A DNA stretch of 64,000 bases from Macrostomum hystrix (GCA_950097015.1 CATNEN010000038.1:22816001-22880000); one strand, 5' to 3'; positions 1 to 13,438 are shown, counted from the stretch's first letter. Notes: generated by a model from the letters alone, not told the origin. Translations and numbers: made by a program.

Positions 1-114
1 TCTTGTAGCTTGTAGGAACTTGTAGTTTCGTTAAAGTCTATGAAACGAAATTCACTTGTAACTTGTCACTGATCCCACTTGTACCTTCTACAAGTCATTT
101 ATGAAACACCCCCC
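1..114. mobile_element. Possible right end of a non-autonomous DNA transposon (PIF/Harbinger-like terminus)
   Basis: Ends in ...CATTTATGAAACACCCCCC, reverse complement GGGGGGTGTTTCATAAATG, preceded by short CTTGTA subterminal repeats; the other end is outside the window. Confidence 0.3.
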
Positions 115-400
115 AGGTGGTTGACAGTCTGTCTTATCTCTAACAGGTGTTTGACAGTCTGTCTTATCTCTAACAGGTGTTTGGCACATATAACAGGTGG
201 TTGACAGTCTGTCTTATCTCTAACAGGTGTTTCTTATCATTAGCTCGTGTTTTGACGCATGTCTTATCTCTAAAAGGTGTTTGACTGGTGCGTAACAGGT
301 GTTTCTTAAGTTTAAAAGTTTTTTCTTATGTAACTGGTTTGTTTTATGTCTAACAGGTGTTCAACAGGTGTGTATTATGTCTAAAAGGTGTGTATCAGAT
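114..400. repeat. Degenerate ~30-bp tandem repeat (ACAGGTGTTTGACAGTCTGTCTTATCTCTA)
   Basis: Repeated units visible directly, decaying rightwards. Confidence 0.8.
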
Positions 401-944
401 AAGTAAAACAAATAAAAAAACTATACTTACCAATAAGTGAAAAAAATATCAAGAATTGTCGGAAATTCATAAAGGCTTGATATGCAAATAAAAATTGAAA
501 TTCACCTTACACAAAATATAGTTTTTGCAGCCTAGTTAATCCTGCAAGCATACAATTTAATCATAAGAAGGCGCAGCAGTTGCTCTGGCAGCCTGTCTAT
601 GGCTCGGACTGTGGCAAACCTGCATTCAATTTAATCCTGCAAGCGCGCATTTAATCATTTTACTAGATGACCGATTTTTCGGCACCAGTTCCAGTTCCAA
701 AGAGTGCACAGTGGGAAATTTATTAAAACAAAAAACAACTTTGTGCATTTGTAAGCACAAAATGCTTTAAAATACCAAAACTTACAGAAGAAATCTACTC
801 AAAAAAAATTTCATCCAGATTCTCTGCCTAATCACGGAGTTATAGCCTTCTACTTTATTATAGAATGCATGTCCCATTGAACGCTATACATTTTAAAAGT
901 CAATGTGACATTTTTGCAGAAAATCGAAAATTTATAGTTTCAAT

Positions 945-1394
945 CAGTGGCGTATCTAGGGGGGGATACGGGGATATATCCCCCCATTTCGCCGACCGAA
1001 GAGTGTCACCAACCCACGAAAAGTCGAAGACGAACGTTATGGCGGAATGCGATCATAGTCGTAATGTCGTTATTCGGCACAGTGATGTTCTAAATCTGAA
1101 TCTGAACTATATCTGTCTCATCTCGTCTGCGTCTCGCCGTCTCGTCTCTCGCCTCGACTCTGACGTGAGTCATGACGGTGACGTCTCTGATGACTCTGAT
1201 TCTGAGTCTCTGACTCTGTCTCTCTGACTCTCGAAATGTATAACAAAGTAATAAAAAGGTAGCGAAATCGTTGTCTGCAAATGGACTACAAAAGGTTATT
1301 TCAGTTTTTTAGCAGCAGCATGCGACTCATTTTCTCTGATAGTTGAAACAGCTAATTTATCCCCCCCCATTTTAAAATCCTAGATACGCCACTG
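945..1394. mobile_element. hAT-type MITE nested in the larger transposon
   Basis: TIRs CAGTGGCGTATCTAGG / CCTAGATACGCCACTG; 8-bp TSD GTTTCAAT / GTTTCAAC (1 mismatch). Confidence 0.85.
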
Positions 1395-3283
1395 GTTTCA
1401 ACCGTCAGAGCCTATCGAGTTGACTTTTGCCTTTTAGTACCATTTAATTTACTTAAAATGCAATAACTGCGCAAAGAAATGTAGCGACTGGTGTATAAAA
1501 CACAAATTGCTTAGGCCTATTGATATTTTCTTTTGACTTCACTGGGCAGAACTATAAGTATAAGTCATACTTTTTAACTCGAATTGCGCGGCGATTTAAA
1601 ATTATCGCACATGCAGGTGTCAGATACTGTAACATAGGGACTAGTAAATTATAAACAATTTTATAATGGTTGTCAATAAATGAAGCATCGAATAACTGCT
1701 GCACATGTACATGTATTTGAATATAAATCATCAACCCACATTCTTTTATACAAGATCACATGAGTAAAAAATATTTTGTGCTATGTTTAACACACTGATC
1801 ATTATATCTTTTTGAATTAAGTCAAAATATACCTTGCAGCATAATTCCGTTATTTATCCACCATTTAGACTATCTTTGGTGTAGATAAAATATACTGAAT
1901 AGAAAATCAATTTGGTCAATAAAAATATACCCAGCGTACATTGGATTTTTTAATTATAGTAATTCTGTGTAGTGTAGTACATGCAATGTTGTTTTGTTGT
2001 TATGAAGTAAAAAACTTAAAAGTATACATTTTCTATTCTGTACATCAAATGCTATACAATCTGAAACAGATTACTTAGCATAATTCCGACTGGTTCGACT
2101 TCTGTACGTGATTACTGTTAGTTATATCTATAAATATTTTTGTATGTAGTATCTTAATCTTAATGAGAAATTTTGAATAAAATTTGTATGCGTTTAAGCT
2201 ATAGCACATATTGCTTGCGAAATTCCGTTTGCGCAACTCTGGCTCAAGAATTTAAGAAACAAAAAGTCAAACATATGTTATAATATACGGTCTACAATTA
2301 TATTAACTTTGTAAAGTTATTAGTATCCCAATAAAGGTAGGTTATCAGCCCTAAGTAAAAGTGACATAAAACATGACCTATATGAGTAAATAACCTGAAT
2401 GGAATGAAATTATAGTTCGACTGGTCTGGAAATTGTAGGCCTAGCCCTGTTCTAAATACGGATCAACCAGCTGACAATAAGATAAGCAGATCAATCTAAA
2501 GTATTGTTAATTTAATGCGAATAGGAAGTAGGAAAATAGCATATAAGAGCTGCCAATAGAGCGTTTTAAATGTCCTCTAAGGACTGTGGAAGCCGCCCTA
2601 CCAAATTTACAATCCGTGTGATACTATACTTGTTTTAAAACTGGGTAAACTGAATTGAAGCTCTATGGAGTGTCCTACTCGTAGGCTGAGATTGTTTTCC
2701 CTTGGGCCGAGATTCGAACTCTCAGTGGGCTACAGGCTCCATATTGACGTCGCCCCTCGGCTTTTGAACCCCGAAGGCGGTGCTGTCTCTCACAGGGATA
2801 GAAAGGATTTGGGGGTCTCCCCAAACCGACTCCACCTATTATCGTACTTGGTAGCTTGCGGTGTTTCTGAGTGGCCAAAATCTCAGGGACCAAGCGGAAG
2901 GGGCCAAGGTTGTGAAAGGTAGAACCAGCTAGACAACGGCCGCCACCAGCCACCTCGGGACAGCACAACCCACTGACAGGGAGCAGATCGGTCAGCAAGA
3001 GAGAGGACTTTTGCATAGGGGATTCTTAGGGATGCAGCAAAAACAATGAGCCCTACTCAAGGTTAAGAGTGCCCGTTTGTAATCAATCAGTGAACTTCTT
3101 AACTATTAATTATTTACTCATAATAATCAGGCCCATAATCAGACACCAGAGTCACCATCAACAGCAGCTAATGAAAGCTGCGAATCGCCAATTACAGAAA
3201 ATTCGAATGCGAACGATCCTGGACGCAACAGTGCAGAACATCGTCATCGTCCTGCAGGAAACCATCGAAACTCAGGGTCGGGC

Positions 3284-5329
3284 ATGCACTTTGCGCAGCT
3301 CATCGAGTTTTGCGTCCAGGATGAGCTTTGGAGAGAAATAATTTCACATGGCATGAAAACAAGAAAATTCGACACGTCTCTAGCTAAAAAATGGCGAACT
3401 TTAATTCTGGACACGCTAGAGCGTCACTCTACCTGTGTATTTGTATTAAAAAAAGCGGCAGTTTTTTCACCATCAGGAAGTTCTCCTATTTGGCTAGAGC
3501 AGCAACTCAAGTGTCAGCACAATAATTGCGAGGAGTACATCGTAACTGTCTCCAAAGAGCAAGCACTCGCGACTGAGTCTCATCGACTTGTTAAAGTTTT
3601 CTTCAAGGGTGAAGAGTGCCACCTCTTTCCGAGATGTCGCCGCAGCACTGCTAAAGAAACAAGAGAAAGCGTATATCGGCTTAGATGTGAAAGTGATCAA
3701 TCAACTGGATTTAGGCTGCCACCTGGAAGGAGTCTTTTCTACGCTAGTCTTGTTAACGTCGCACAGGAAGTGACAGACTCCAACAATTATAACACGATCG
3801 GAACGAAAAATAGACATACTCGACTGCGTCACTTGGCTACCTCAGCTGAAAAGGTCAGCTCTAACATTATTACTGAGCTGTTGTACCAAAAAGTGCCCTA
3901 GAGTTAGCAACATCAAATCTGACGCTGCAGGGCTATATTCAATCAATTGGAGCTCTTCCGCTGCAAGTGTACATGTTTTGTGAAAATCAGTTGCGCTTCT
4001 TGCTTAAGAGTTGCTCTCCTACATGCAGTCTAGTGCTTCATTTAGACGCAACTGGTAGTATCATCCAGAAAATTAAATACAGTCCTGAAATGGTCCTCCT
4101 AAACAGCATAACACTAGAGAGCAGGTTTGAGCTGAAGCCTCTAAATATTGCAGACGCCCTACTTTCTTCTCACAAAACGGATTGCAGCTGCTTTGTCGAG
4201 CTTTTATTTCTCATTGAGTCAACTACACAATCGCTCAGTCAGTCTAGTCGGAATGGTTGTGACTGATTTTTCATGGGCGATGATTCACAGTGTCTGCCTC
4301 GTGTTCACTCAAATGTCCATTTCCGACGTTCTACGGCTCCAATTTGACATCGTTGACAACGGTGCAGCCGGACGCTTGTCAACAATCCCTTTCTTTGCTC
4401 GAACCACATTATAGGCGCAGTATGCAGAAATCTTCGCTCAGGCACAGAATTCACAGAGGAGAGTCCAAGAATTCGTCATTTTTTTATTCGTTGTTTTGTC
4501 TACTTGATGTACCGAGAGAGATATCAAGACTTCGTGGCCGTAGCGAAGCAAATTATCTCATTGTTTGGCTCCAAGCATTCAGTTCCTGTAACACGGAAAC
4601 TGCTCGTGGATAACGTTTCCAACTGGAATTGCCTGCCTGACCTTTTTGGACGATGATGATGATTTGACCAGCCGCGGCACATTCGAGCCAGATGATGAGC
4701 GAATAGTAAACTCATTGCGCAGACAATCACCTTTCTTCGAAAAGTTCCGTGCCTTGTCACCTGAGTGTCCACAAGAGCACGTCGAGAACGATTATTATTC
4801 GGAGGCTCTACTTTCGTTCCTAATCGAACGATGGCTGCCACTGGCACCCCTTTGGGGCCACTTCATTGTAGAGTATTACACGAACACTACTAAAGTGAAG
4901 TCTTGGTACTCTAACGTTACAGCTGAGAACAACTTTCGACTAGTAAAGAACGAACTGTCTCAGCAGACAAATGCTCAACGAATCTCCCACCTGATTTCGT
5001 TCGTTCTTGTACAAGCGGACTTTAAATCTTTTGACGGTTCACAATCGCATCCCGAACGGCCTGCCATTCTTATACGAGAGTGCGAGTCGGAAACGACGGC
5101 AAGGAACAACAGAAGAAGATCCTGCATTTGTCACTGCATGAGACTTTTAAAAGAAGTCGTCCAACGTTTTACACCACCCCTTCGTCGTACGCTAAGGCAA
5201 CGTCAGCAAAGAAACCGAGAAGAAAGAATGATGGCCACGATGAACAAGGGAGGCAAGCCAGAAGCACCGAACCAAGCCAGACAAAGTGCAATCCACGAAA
5301 TCACGACAGGAACGGTGGGAGACATGTAG
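3284..5329 (+). pseudogene. Frameshifted NOF-FB/MULE-family transposase
   Basis: Motifs spread over several frames: GYIQSIGALPLQVYMFCENQ, LHLDATGSI, VVTDFSWAMIHSV, FCSNHI, WLPLAPLWG...SNVTAENNFRLVKNEL, matching the pattern of Drosophila NOF-FB-like MULE transposases (recognised from memory, no search run). Confidence 0.7.
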
Positions 5330-5499
5330 GCCCACATGTTCAGACAAATGCCGCGGACTTCTATGAAGTTCAGTTCCCACTTACAGGATGTGATCGGAAA
5401 CTGTCTACTTCAAGAAGAAGACGTTCTCTCACTGTGTGGTCGAAGGCAGATGCGAATTCAGATGCTTTATGCATACGTGCACACCATCGTTGCTGGTTT

Positions 5500-5960
5500 A
5501 AACTCCACGACTTGTGCCCACTATCACGTGCAACAGTTAGTAAGCTGGGTGGAAGATAATCCGCGTCTCACACTGAAGCAAATGAAGCATAAGCTTCAGG
5601 CCGAAGATCCTCAGTTGCATATCAGCGAGTGCACAGTAAGCAGAGCACTAGACAAGCAGCTCTTTACGCTAAAATGCCTCAGTCGTGACGCCGACATTCC
5701 AGCAGCGAGAAACTCTGACGAGAACATTGCGCGCCGCCAGGTCTTCGCTCAGTGGCTGATCGATCTAGAACCAGAATGTCATCTCATATACATTGATGAG
5801 ACAGGCTTCAATATATGGACACGTCGGTCGCTGGGTCGCAGCATCAGAGGGCAGAGAGTTCGGCGCAAAGTACATACGCAACGTGGTGTGCAGGTGAATG
5901 TGATACAAGCTATGTCTCCTAACATCGGCCTGGTCAGCAACAAGATCCTGGCGGAGACCT
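5500..5960 (+). pseudogene. Truncated IS630/Tc1-mariner-type transposase fragment (HTH plus first catalytic Asp)
   Basis: WVEDNPRLTLKQMKHKL...ISECTVSRAL (HTH), LIYIDETGFN (first D of the DDE triad), RGVQVNVIQAMS; later D and E motifs are missing. Confidence 0.8.
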
Positions 5961-6115
5961 CCCACTGTTTGGCAGGATTTTCATTCAAACTTCTAGAATG
6001 CTGTTCATTTGTTTTAGCTGTGCGCCATTGTGTTATGTTACATTTTTGTGAATTTTTTATGCAGTTTGATATAGCCCTGTCTGCAAGGTTGCAACATGAT
6101 TAAATGCGCACTTGC

Positions 6116-6890
6116 AGGATTAAATTGAATGCAGGTTTGCCACAGTCCGAGCCATAGACAGGCTGCCAGAGCAACTGCTGCGCAGCTACTAATGATTAAA
6201 TTGAATGCAGGTTTGCTACAGTCCGAGCCATAGACAGGCTGCCAGAGCAACTGCTGCGCAGCTACTAATGATTAAATTGAATGCAGGTTTGCCACAGTCC
6301 GAGCCATAGACAGGCTGCCAGAGCAACTGCTGCGCAGCTACTAATGATTAAATTGAATGCAGGTTTGCCACAGTCCGAGCCATAGACAGGCTGCCAGAGC
6401 AACTGCTGCGCAGCTACTAATGATTAAATTGAATGCAGGTTTGCCACAGTCCGAGCCATAGACAGGCTGCCAGAGCAACTGCTGCGCAGCTACTAATGAT
6501 TAAATTGAATGCAGGTTTGCCACAGTCCGAGCCATAGACAGGCTGCCAGAGCAACTGCTGTGCCTACTAATGATTAAATTGAATGCAGGTTTGCTACAGT
6601 CCGAGCCATAGACAGGCTGCCAGAGCAACTGCTGCGCCTACTAATGATTAAATTGAATGCAGGTTTGCCACAGTCCGAGCCATAGACAGGCTGCCAGAGC
6701 AACTGCTGCGCAGCTACTAATGATTAAATTGAATGCAGGTTTGCCACAGTCCGAGCCATAGACAGGCTGCCAGAGCAACTGCTGCGCAGCTACTAATGAT
6801 TAAATTGAATGCAGGTTTGCTACAGTCCGAGCCATAGACAGGCTGCCAGAGCAACTGCTGCGCAGCTACTAATGATTAAATTGAATGCTT
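6116..6890. repeat. 76-bp tandem array (~10 units) amplified from the internal part of the right TIR
   Basis: Unit ATGATTAAATTGAATGCAGGTTTGCCACAGTCCGAGCCATAGACAGGCTGCCAGAGCAACTGCTGCGCAGCTACTA; a single inverted copy lies at ~556-636. Confidence 0.95.
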
Positions 6891-7609
6891 GCATATTAAC
6901 TAGGCTGCAAAAAGTAATAATAGATTTAAATGTGAAGTTTCTGTGAAGTTTGAAATGTGAATGTGAGGTCTTCTTTAGATAGAATCCACATACGCTAGTA
7001 CAATTTGTAGATTGATCGTTAATCCTGCCTGCAGGTTAATCCTCACAATAAACATATTTTGTCCCTGTTATTGTTACCATATTTTCGACATGAAGAGAGC
7101 ATATTCTCGCATGCATTATATATTACTTAATCGCACTTACAGTAAAGCAATCAGGATTATAGGTTAGCACTTACCTAATCTTTTATTTATAATGCCAGAT
7201 CTTTATAAACAATGAGTTGCCGATATAAAACGAAAATTCTAAGTACGTCTCTTAGCGTTGACTGATAATGGAACAAGTTAAAAATTGTTCAATCATCGAA
7301 GTCGATCGACTAACATTGACTGAAGCAAGCCATAGTGATGACCTGACAACAGCTGCGTCTACTTGGGCGATCATTTTGACTGTCGTAAATGTTATCATCC
7401 TATTGTGCAACTTTCTATTGTTCTCTACTAGTAGAATAAGTTGATAATTCTTGTATTCTAAGGTAAGTTTAGTCAGTAAAAATTGTAATCCTTGTAATCT
7501 TGACATAATACCGTCCTCAAATCCCATCTTCGAATGATCCCATGAAATAATCATCCTCTACTCGTTTTAAACATTATCCCGTTTAGTAATTTCCACCCAA
7601 AAATATTCA

Positions 7610-9720
7610 CATCCAGTAATTTCAATCCTACAATGATTCCATCCATTAATTTCAATCCTACAAGGATTCCACCCAGTAATTTTAATCCTACAATGATTCC
7701 ACCCAGTAATTTCAATCCCACAATGATTCCATCCAGTAATTTTAATCCTACAATGATCCCATCCAGTAATTTCAATCCTACAATGCTTCAATCCAGTAAT
7801 TTGAATCCCACAATGATCCCATCCAGTAATTTCAATCCTAGAATGATTCCATCCAGTAATTTCAACCCCACAATGATTCCATCCAGTAATTTGAATCCCA
7901 CAATGATCCCATCCAGTAATTTCAATCCCACAATGATCCCATCCAGTACTTTCAATCCCACAATGATTCCATCCAGTAATTTCAATCCTACAATTATTCC
8001 ATCCAGAAATTTCAATCCTACAATGATCCCACCCAGTAATTTCAATCTTACAATGATTCCATCCCGTAATTTCAATCCCACAATGATTCCATCCAGTAAT
8101 TTCAATCCCACAATGATTCCATCCAGTAATTTTAATCCTACAATGATCCCATCCAGTAATTTCAATCCTACAATGATCCCATCCAGTAATTTCAATCCTA
8201 CAATGATTCCATCCAGTAATTTCAATCCCACAATGATTCCATCCAGTAATTTCAATCCCACAATGATTCCATCCAGTAATTTCAATCCCACAATGATTCC
8301 ATCCAGTAATTTTAATCCCACAATGATCCCATCCAGTAATTTCAATCCTAGAATGATTCCATCCAGTAATTTCAACCCCACAATGATTTCATCCAGTAAT
8401 TTGAATCCCACAATGATCCCATCCAGTACTTTCAATCCTACAAGGATTCCACCCAGTAATTTCAATCCTACAAGGATTCCACCCAGTAATTTCAATCCTA
8501 CAATGATTCCATCCAGTAATTTGAATCCCACAATGATCCCATCCAGTACTTTCAATCCTACAATGATCCCATCCAGTACTTTCAATCCTACAAGGATTCC
8601 ACCCAGTAATTTCAATCCTACAAGGATTCCACCCAGTAATTTCAATCCTACAAGGATTCCACCCAGTAATTTCAATCCTACAATGATCCCATCCAGTACT
8701 TTCAATCCTACAATGATCCCATCCAGTAATTTCAATCCTACAATGATCCCATCCAGTAATTTCAATCCTACAATGATTCCATCCAGTAATTTCAATCCCA
8801 CAATGATTCCATCCAGTAATTTCAATCCCACAATGATTCCATCCAGTAATTTCAATCCCACAATGATTCCATCCAGTAATTTTAATCCCACAATGATCCC
8901 ATCCAGTAATTTCAATCCTAGAATGATTCCATCCAGTAATTTCAACCCCACAATGATTTCATCCAGTAATTTGAATCCCACAATGATCCCATCCAGTACT
9001 TTCAATCCTACAAGGATTCCACCCAGTAATTTCAATCCTACAAGGATTCCACCCAGTAATTTCAATCCTACAATGATTCCATCCAGTAATTTGAATCCCA
9101 CAATGATCCCATCCAGTACTTTCAATCCTACAATGATCCCATCCAGTACTTTCAATCCTACAAGGATTCCACCCAGTAATTTCAATCCTACAAGGATTCC
9201 ACCCAGTAATTTCAATCCTACAAGGATTCCACCCAGTAATTTCAATCCTACAATGATCCCATCCAGTACTTTCAATCCTACAATGATCCCATCCAGTAAT
9301 TTCAATCCTACAATGATTCCATCCAGTAATTTCAATCCTACAATGATTCCATCCAGTAATTTCAATCCTACAATGATTCCACCCAGTAATTTCAATCCTA
9401 CAATGATTCCATCCAGTAATTTCAATCCTACAATTATTCCATCCAGAAATTTCAATCCTACAATGATCCCATCCAGTAATTTCAATCCTACAATGATTCC
9501 ATCCAGTAATTTCAATCCTACAATGATTCCACCCAGTAATTTCAATCCTACAATGATTCCATCCAGTAATTTCAATCCCACAATGATTCCATCCAGAAAT
9601 TTCAATCCTACAATGATCCCACCCAGTAATTTCAATCCCACAATGATTCCATCCAGAAATTTCAATCCCACAATGATCCCATCCAGTAATTTTAATCCTA
9701 CAATGATCCCATCCAGTTAT
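7610..9720. repeat. 30-bp minisatellite (~70 units) with a 570-bp higher-order duplication
   Basis: Unit TTCAATCCTACAATGATTCCATCCAGTAAT; variant pattern at 8341 recurs at 8911. Confidence 0.97.
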
Positions 9721-9808
9721 TTTAGCCTAAAATCCTTGTTGTTTAGTTGTATAGTGTGAGATGTTTCTGTCATAGTAGCGAGTGTTCCGTCTATTTTTAG
9801 AACAGTAA

Positions 9809-11673
9809 ACTAGCACACTAAGCCCCCTTGGGGACACAACTGTTCAGACAAAAAATATTGTGTACTCGTAATGCAGAAGGACAAAACACACCTGAAAGCA
9901 AACAAAAACGAAACTCATTTCGTTAGTATTAAGTTCCCTGATTGCGAATCAAAGAGAATTTGAATTCTCACTAAATACAAAAATAGTCAGTCTGAGCTTG
10001 AATACATTCTGAGACATCCGGTCTGTACACCAAGAGCCCCATTGGGGCAAAATTACACAAGTAACTTACGTTTGATACAACTCAGTTTAATGCTACTTAG
10101 GTACATGTGAATACGAGCGTACTATCCCCTCAGCAGTAAAAAACCAGTGTCTCCCCAGCAGCAGAGAACTAATTCCCCCCCAGCAGCAGAGAACTAATTC
10201 CCCCCCAGCAGCAGAGATCTAATTCCGCCCCAGCAGCAGAGAACTAATTCCCCCCCAGCAGCAGAGATCTAATTCCGCCCCAGCAGCAGAGAACTAATTC
10301 CCCCCCAGCAGCAGAGAACTAATTCCCCCCCAGCAGCAAAGAACTAATTCCCCACCAGCAGCAGAGAACTAATTCCCCCCCAGCAGCAGAGATCTAATTC
10401 CGCCCCAGCAGCAGAGAACTAATTCCCCCCCAGCAGCAGAGATCTAATTCCGCCCCAGCAGCAGAGAACTAATTCCCCCCCAGCAGCAGAGAACTAATTC
10501 CCCCCCAGCAGCAAAGAACTAATTCCCCCCCAGCAGCAGAGAACTAATTCCCCCCCAGCAGCAGAGATCTAATTCCGCCCCAGCAGCAGAGAACTAATTC
10601 CCCCCCAGCAGCAGAGATCTAATTCCGCCCCAGCAGCAGAGAACTAATTCCCCCCCAGCAGCAGAGAACTAATTCCCCCCCAGCAGCAAATAACTAATTC
10701 CCCCCCAGCAGCAGAGAACTAATTCCCCCCCAGCAGCAGAGATCTAATTCCGCCCCAGCAGCAGAGAACTAATTCCCCCCCAGCAGCAGAGAACTAATTC
10801 CCCCCCAGCAGCAAAGAACTAATTCCCCCCCAGCAGCAGAGAACTAATTCCCCCCCCCAGCAGCAGAGAACTAATTCCCCCCCAGCAGCAGAGAACTAAT
10901 TCCCCCAGCAGCAGAGAACTAATTCCATACTAAAGAACCATACTATAAGAACCATACTAAGAATCGTACTAAGAATTATAATCAGATTTATACCAAGAAT
11001 ATTACAAAATGGGAACTGCTAAACTCTAATCTCGGGGACGCCTAATTGACAGGAAACGCATACAGTTGCCTAATTACCGCTCGTGCAATACATACGCTAC
11101 CAGATTGAAGAGTTAAAACGGCCCATGTAAGGACCACCAGTTTAAACATTACTAAATTGTGACAGCAGCAGTGAGATCAATAAGAGCTTTTAACAACTTT
11201 GGTGCCATTTGGTGGGATCTTAATTAATAATATTATTACCCCTAGAACAACTTTGGTGGCATCATTGGGATAACGACATTACTAAGAAATTAGGCCTATA
11301 ACATAATCTATTTATAAATTCGCACTGACTGTCTCGCCAGAGGGGTTGACACAGCTATGTACATTTGACACATTGAAATTCTTATCAGTGTACTCACTTT
11401 TAACAAAACTGGCCCTGATGCAATCATTAAAATTGGCAGTGGTATGCACGTTAACAAACCTGGCTCTGACTGAATGCATTAAAAATCCTACCTGAAACAG
11501 TTTTTCGAATATTTAATCCCCTTAGCAATAAAGTAAAGCTTAATAAAAATACGTGTATAATTGTCACCATATTTGGTGATCTTTTGGTGAAGAAATTGTG
11601 AAAATCGGTTCAGCCAATCGGGAGAAAATCAATTACAACCAACCAACCAACCATTTCATTTTTAGTATATAAG
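9809..11673 (+). mobile_element. Helentron/HINE (DINE-1-like) non-autonomous element, unit 1
   Basis: Starts ACTAGCACACTAAGCCCCC..CTGTTCAGACAAAAAA; contains an internal minisatellite; ends GTGAAAATCGGTTCAGCC...(AACC)n...TTTTAGTATATAAG directly joined to a second copy of the start. Confidence 0.5.
10152..10927. repeat. 25-bp minisatellite (~31 units)
   Basis: Unit CAGCAGCAGAGAACTAATTCCCCCC with AGATCT/CCGCCC variants. Confidence 0.97.
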
Positions 11674-12632
11674 ACTAGCACACTAAGCCCCCCTTGTAGG
11701 CACTACTGTTCAGACAAAAAAATCTGACGCCAACCACCCCCGTCAACTCTACCCCTGGGCTCCCCAGCCAATCAGATTGGGATCCGGTCTCGTTGATTTT
11801 CTACCCTGGCGAGAAGACCACCCTAAGGCTCAAGCAGCCAGCCTAACAGCCACCCCGCCAACCGCCCTAAGCATGAGAGTGCGCCGCTGGTCAAGAGTGG
11901 TCTAGATAGATGCCTGTTGTCAAATTCAGTATAAAGTGCCCTCTTCGGCGACTCCGCCGTCTGGCAGAAGGAGTGCCAACCGATAGGATCTGTCGGAGCG
12001 GCGCCGAAAGCAGAGACAGCAGGGCCTCGTCCGCACAGTAGAGCGCTCTCTCAGAATATATAGAGGACAGTTCTGCCTCTCTATTCGTTGCTGTCAATGT
12101 ACACATGACATGAAAAACTATTGTTGCTTTTATTCTATTCGAAAAAGGAAAATTTGTTTATTTAATTTCGTATAATTTTACAGCTGTTGAAAATTTCTGT
12201 ACTGGCCTAAAGCTAGGAGCAAGCATTGTTATCTCAAAATTTTTTGTCTCTTGTGCCAGCTTATAATTAGTACTTTTCAGCTGATATAACGTTAGAAACC
12301 TGGACTCAAATGCATGAAAAAATAAAAGTAAACGAGTTGCAAAAAGCACGTGAGCTGAAAAAGCAAAAAGGGAAGTTTGCCAGCACTTTATAGAAAAAGA
12401 AAGTTAGACGAGCAGAAAAAACTGGAAATGACTGAAATATAAGAAACCAAATTGTAAGTAATAATGCATTTAAAATGCAGTTGTACTATTAGGTAATATG
12501 TAAGTTTTTTACTAATTAAAACTTTAATTTAACACTTTTTAATACTTCGTAATAGTCGTGATTGTGTATTTTTTTAATTTGATTTTCTTCACAGACGAAA
12601 ACTTTTATGTTTCTATATTATATATAGAAATA
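11674..12632 (+). mobile_element. Helentron/HINE-like element, unit 2 (tandem with unit 1)
   Basis: Same ~50-bp start ACTAGCACACTAAGCCCCCCTTG...CTGTTCAGACAAAAAA; putative end ACAGACG...TATATTATATATAGA near 12630. Confidence 0.4.
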
Positions 12633-13438
12633 TTTTTGGGCTCTGCGCCCTGATGGCCAACGAGGCGCCGCCGCCACCGCCAAGACGACCTTCTCAACTT
12701 CTGTCTTTGCGCAATAAAATACTGTTTTATTTCCCCCATGCATTATTCCCTTTTTGCTTTTTGAGGTGGGTGATTTTGTGTATGCGGCTTGCATGCCACC
12801 TAGAGTGCTAGTGCTCGTGGCGCGTTGTGATTGGCTGGTGAAGTCTTCTTGTCTGCCCCAGACCAGTCTAAGCCTATGCTGTCTAAATATAAAATAGTGC
12901 GCACAGGCCTTTTAAGTATTAATTTCCTTTTCACCTTCTCAATCATTACGTACTGCTCCGTTGTTCATTTGGTCACGCAGCCCCAGCACAACAGTGGTAT
13001 TATGATAGAATAAAATTGTAAAATCTATGAATCGATTTCGTCACTGATTTTTCTGTTTCACAATATTAGAATACGCTTGATTGGCGTATAGCTGACAATC
13101 CAGTTTAAGAATTTTCACATGACCAGGCTCGTACGTATTGTGAAATTATACTTTCTCCAGGCCTGCAAATTGCACTCTTTATCTGCGTGCCACTAGGTGC
13201 AAAAGCCAATTAATGGGGCGCATTTTAGGAGACAGTTTATGTTTATTGGAAAGAAGAAAATTTTCTTCAGGGTGTCCGCATCATATGCTACCCGTTATCA
13301 GCTCATGTGACTTTACATAGCCGAGAGATAAAAAAGTATAATATAAACAAGAAAATTTAAATTTCACTTCTCAAACAATTTAACTTCTGGGCCGCCAATT
13401 AAATTAGTTAGCATATATACAGTAAAAAAAGAAAAAAA

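Larger units (their letters stand above)
522..6913 (+). mobile_element. Decayed NOF/MULE-like DNA transposon with long (foldback-type) terminal inverted repeats
   Basis: Left end TTTTTGCAGCCTAGTTAAT...GCGCGCATTTAATCAT (522-658) is the reverse complement of the right end (6097-6913, ...ATTAACTAGGCTGCAAAAA); encloses transposase remnants. No clear TSD found. Confidence 0.75.

Noticed and set aside
700-1550. Transib-like CACAGTG terminus near 707
   Set aside because: No convincing matching inverted terminus or TSD could be found.
2660-3066. GC-richer segment with short ORFs inside the NOF-like element
   Set aside because: No recognisable protein motif or paired termini; cannot be assigned.
6116-6890. 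CRISPR-like regular repeats here and at other arrays
   Set aside because: Units are head-to-tail with no unique spacers, there are no cas genes, and the DNA is eukaryotic.
7633-9759. 708-aa (+) and 627-aa (-) repeat ORFs (NFNPTMIPSS / GLKLLDGIIV)
   Set aside because: Both are readings of a 30-bp satellite whose unit is a multiple of 3 and stop-free; no unique domain, signal peptide or splice context supports a gene.
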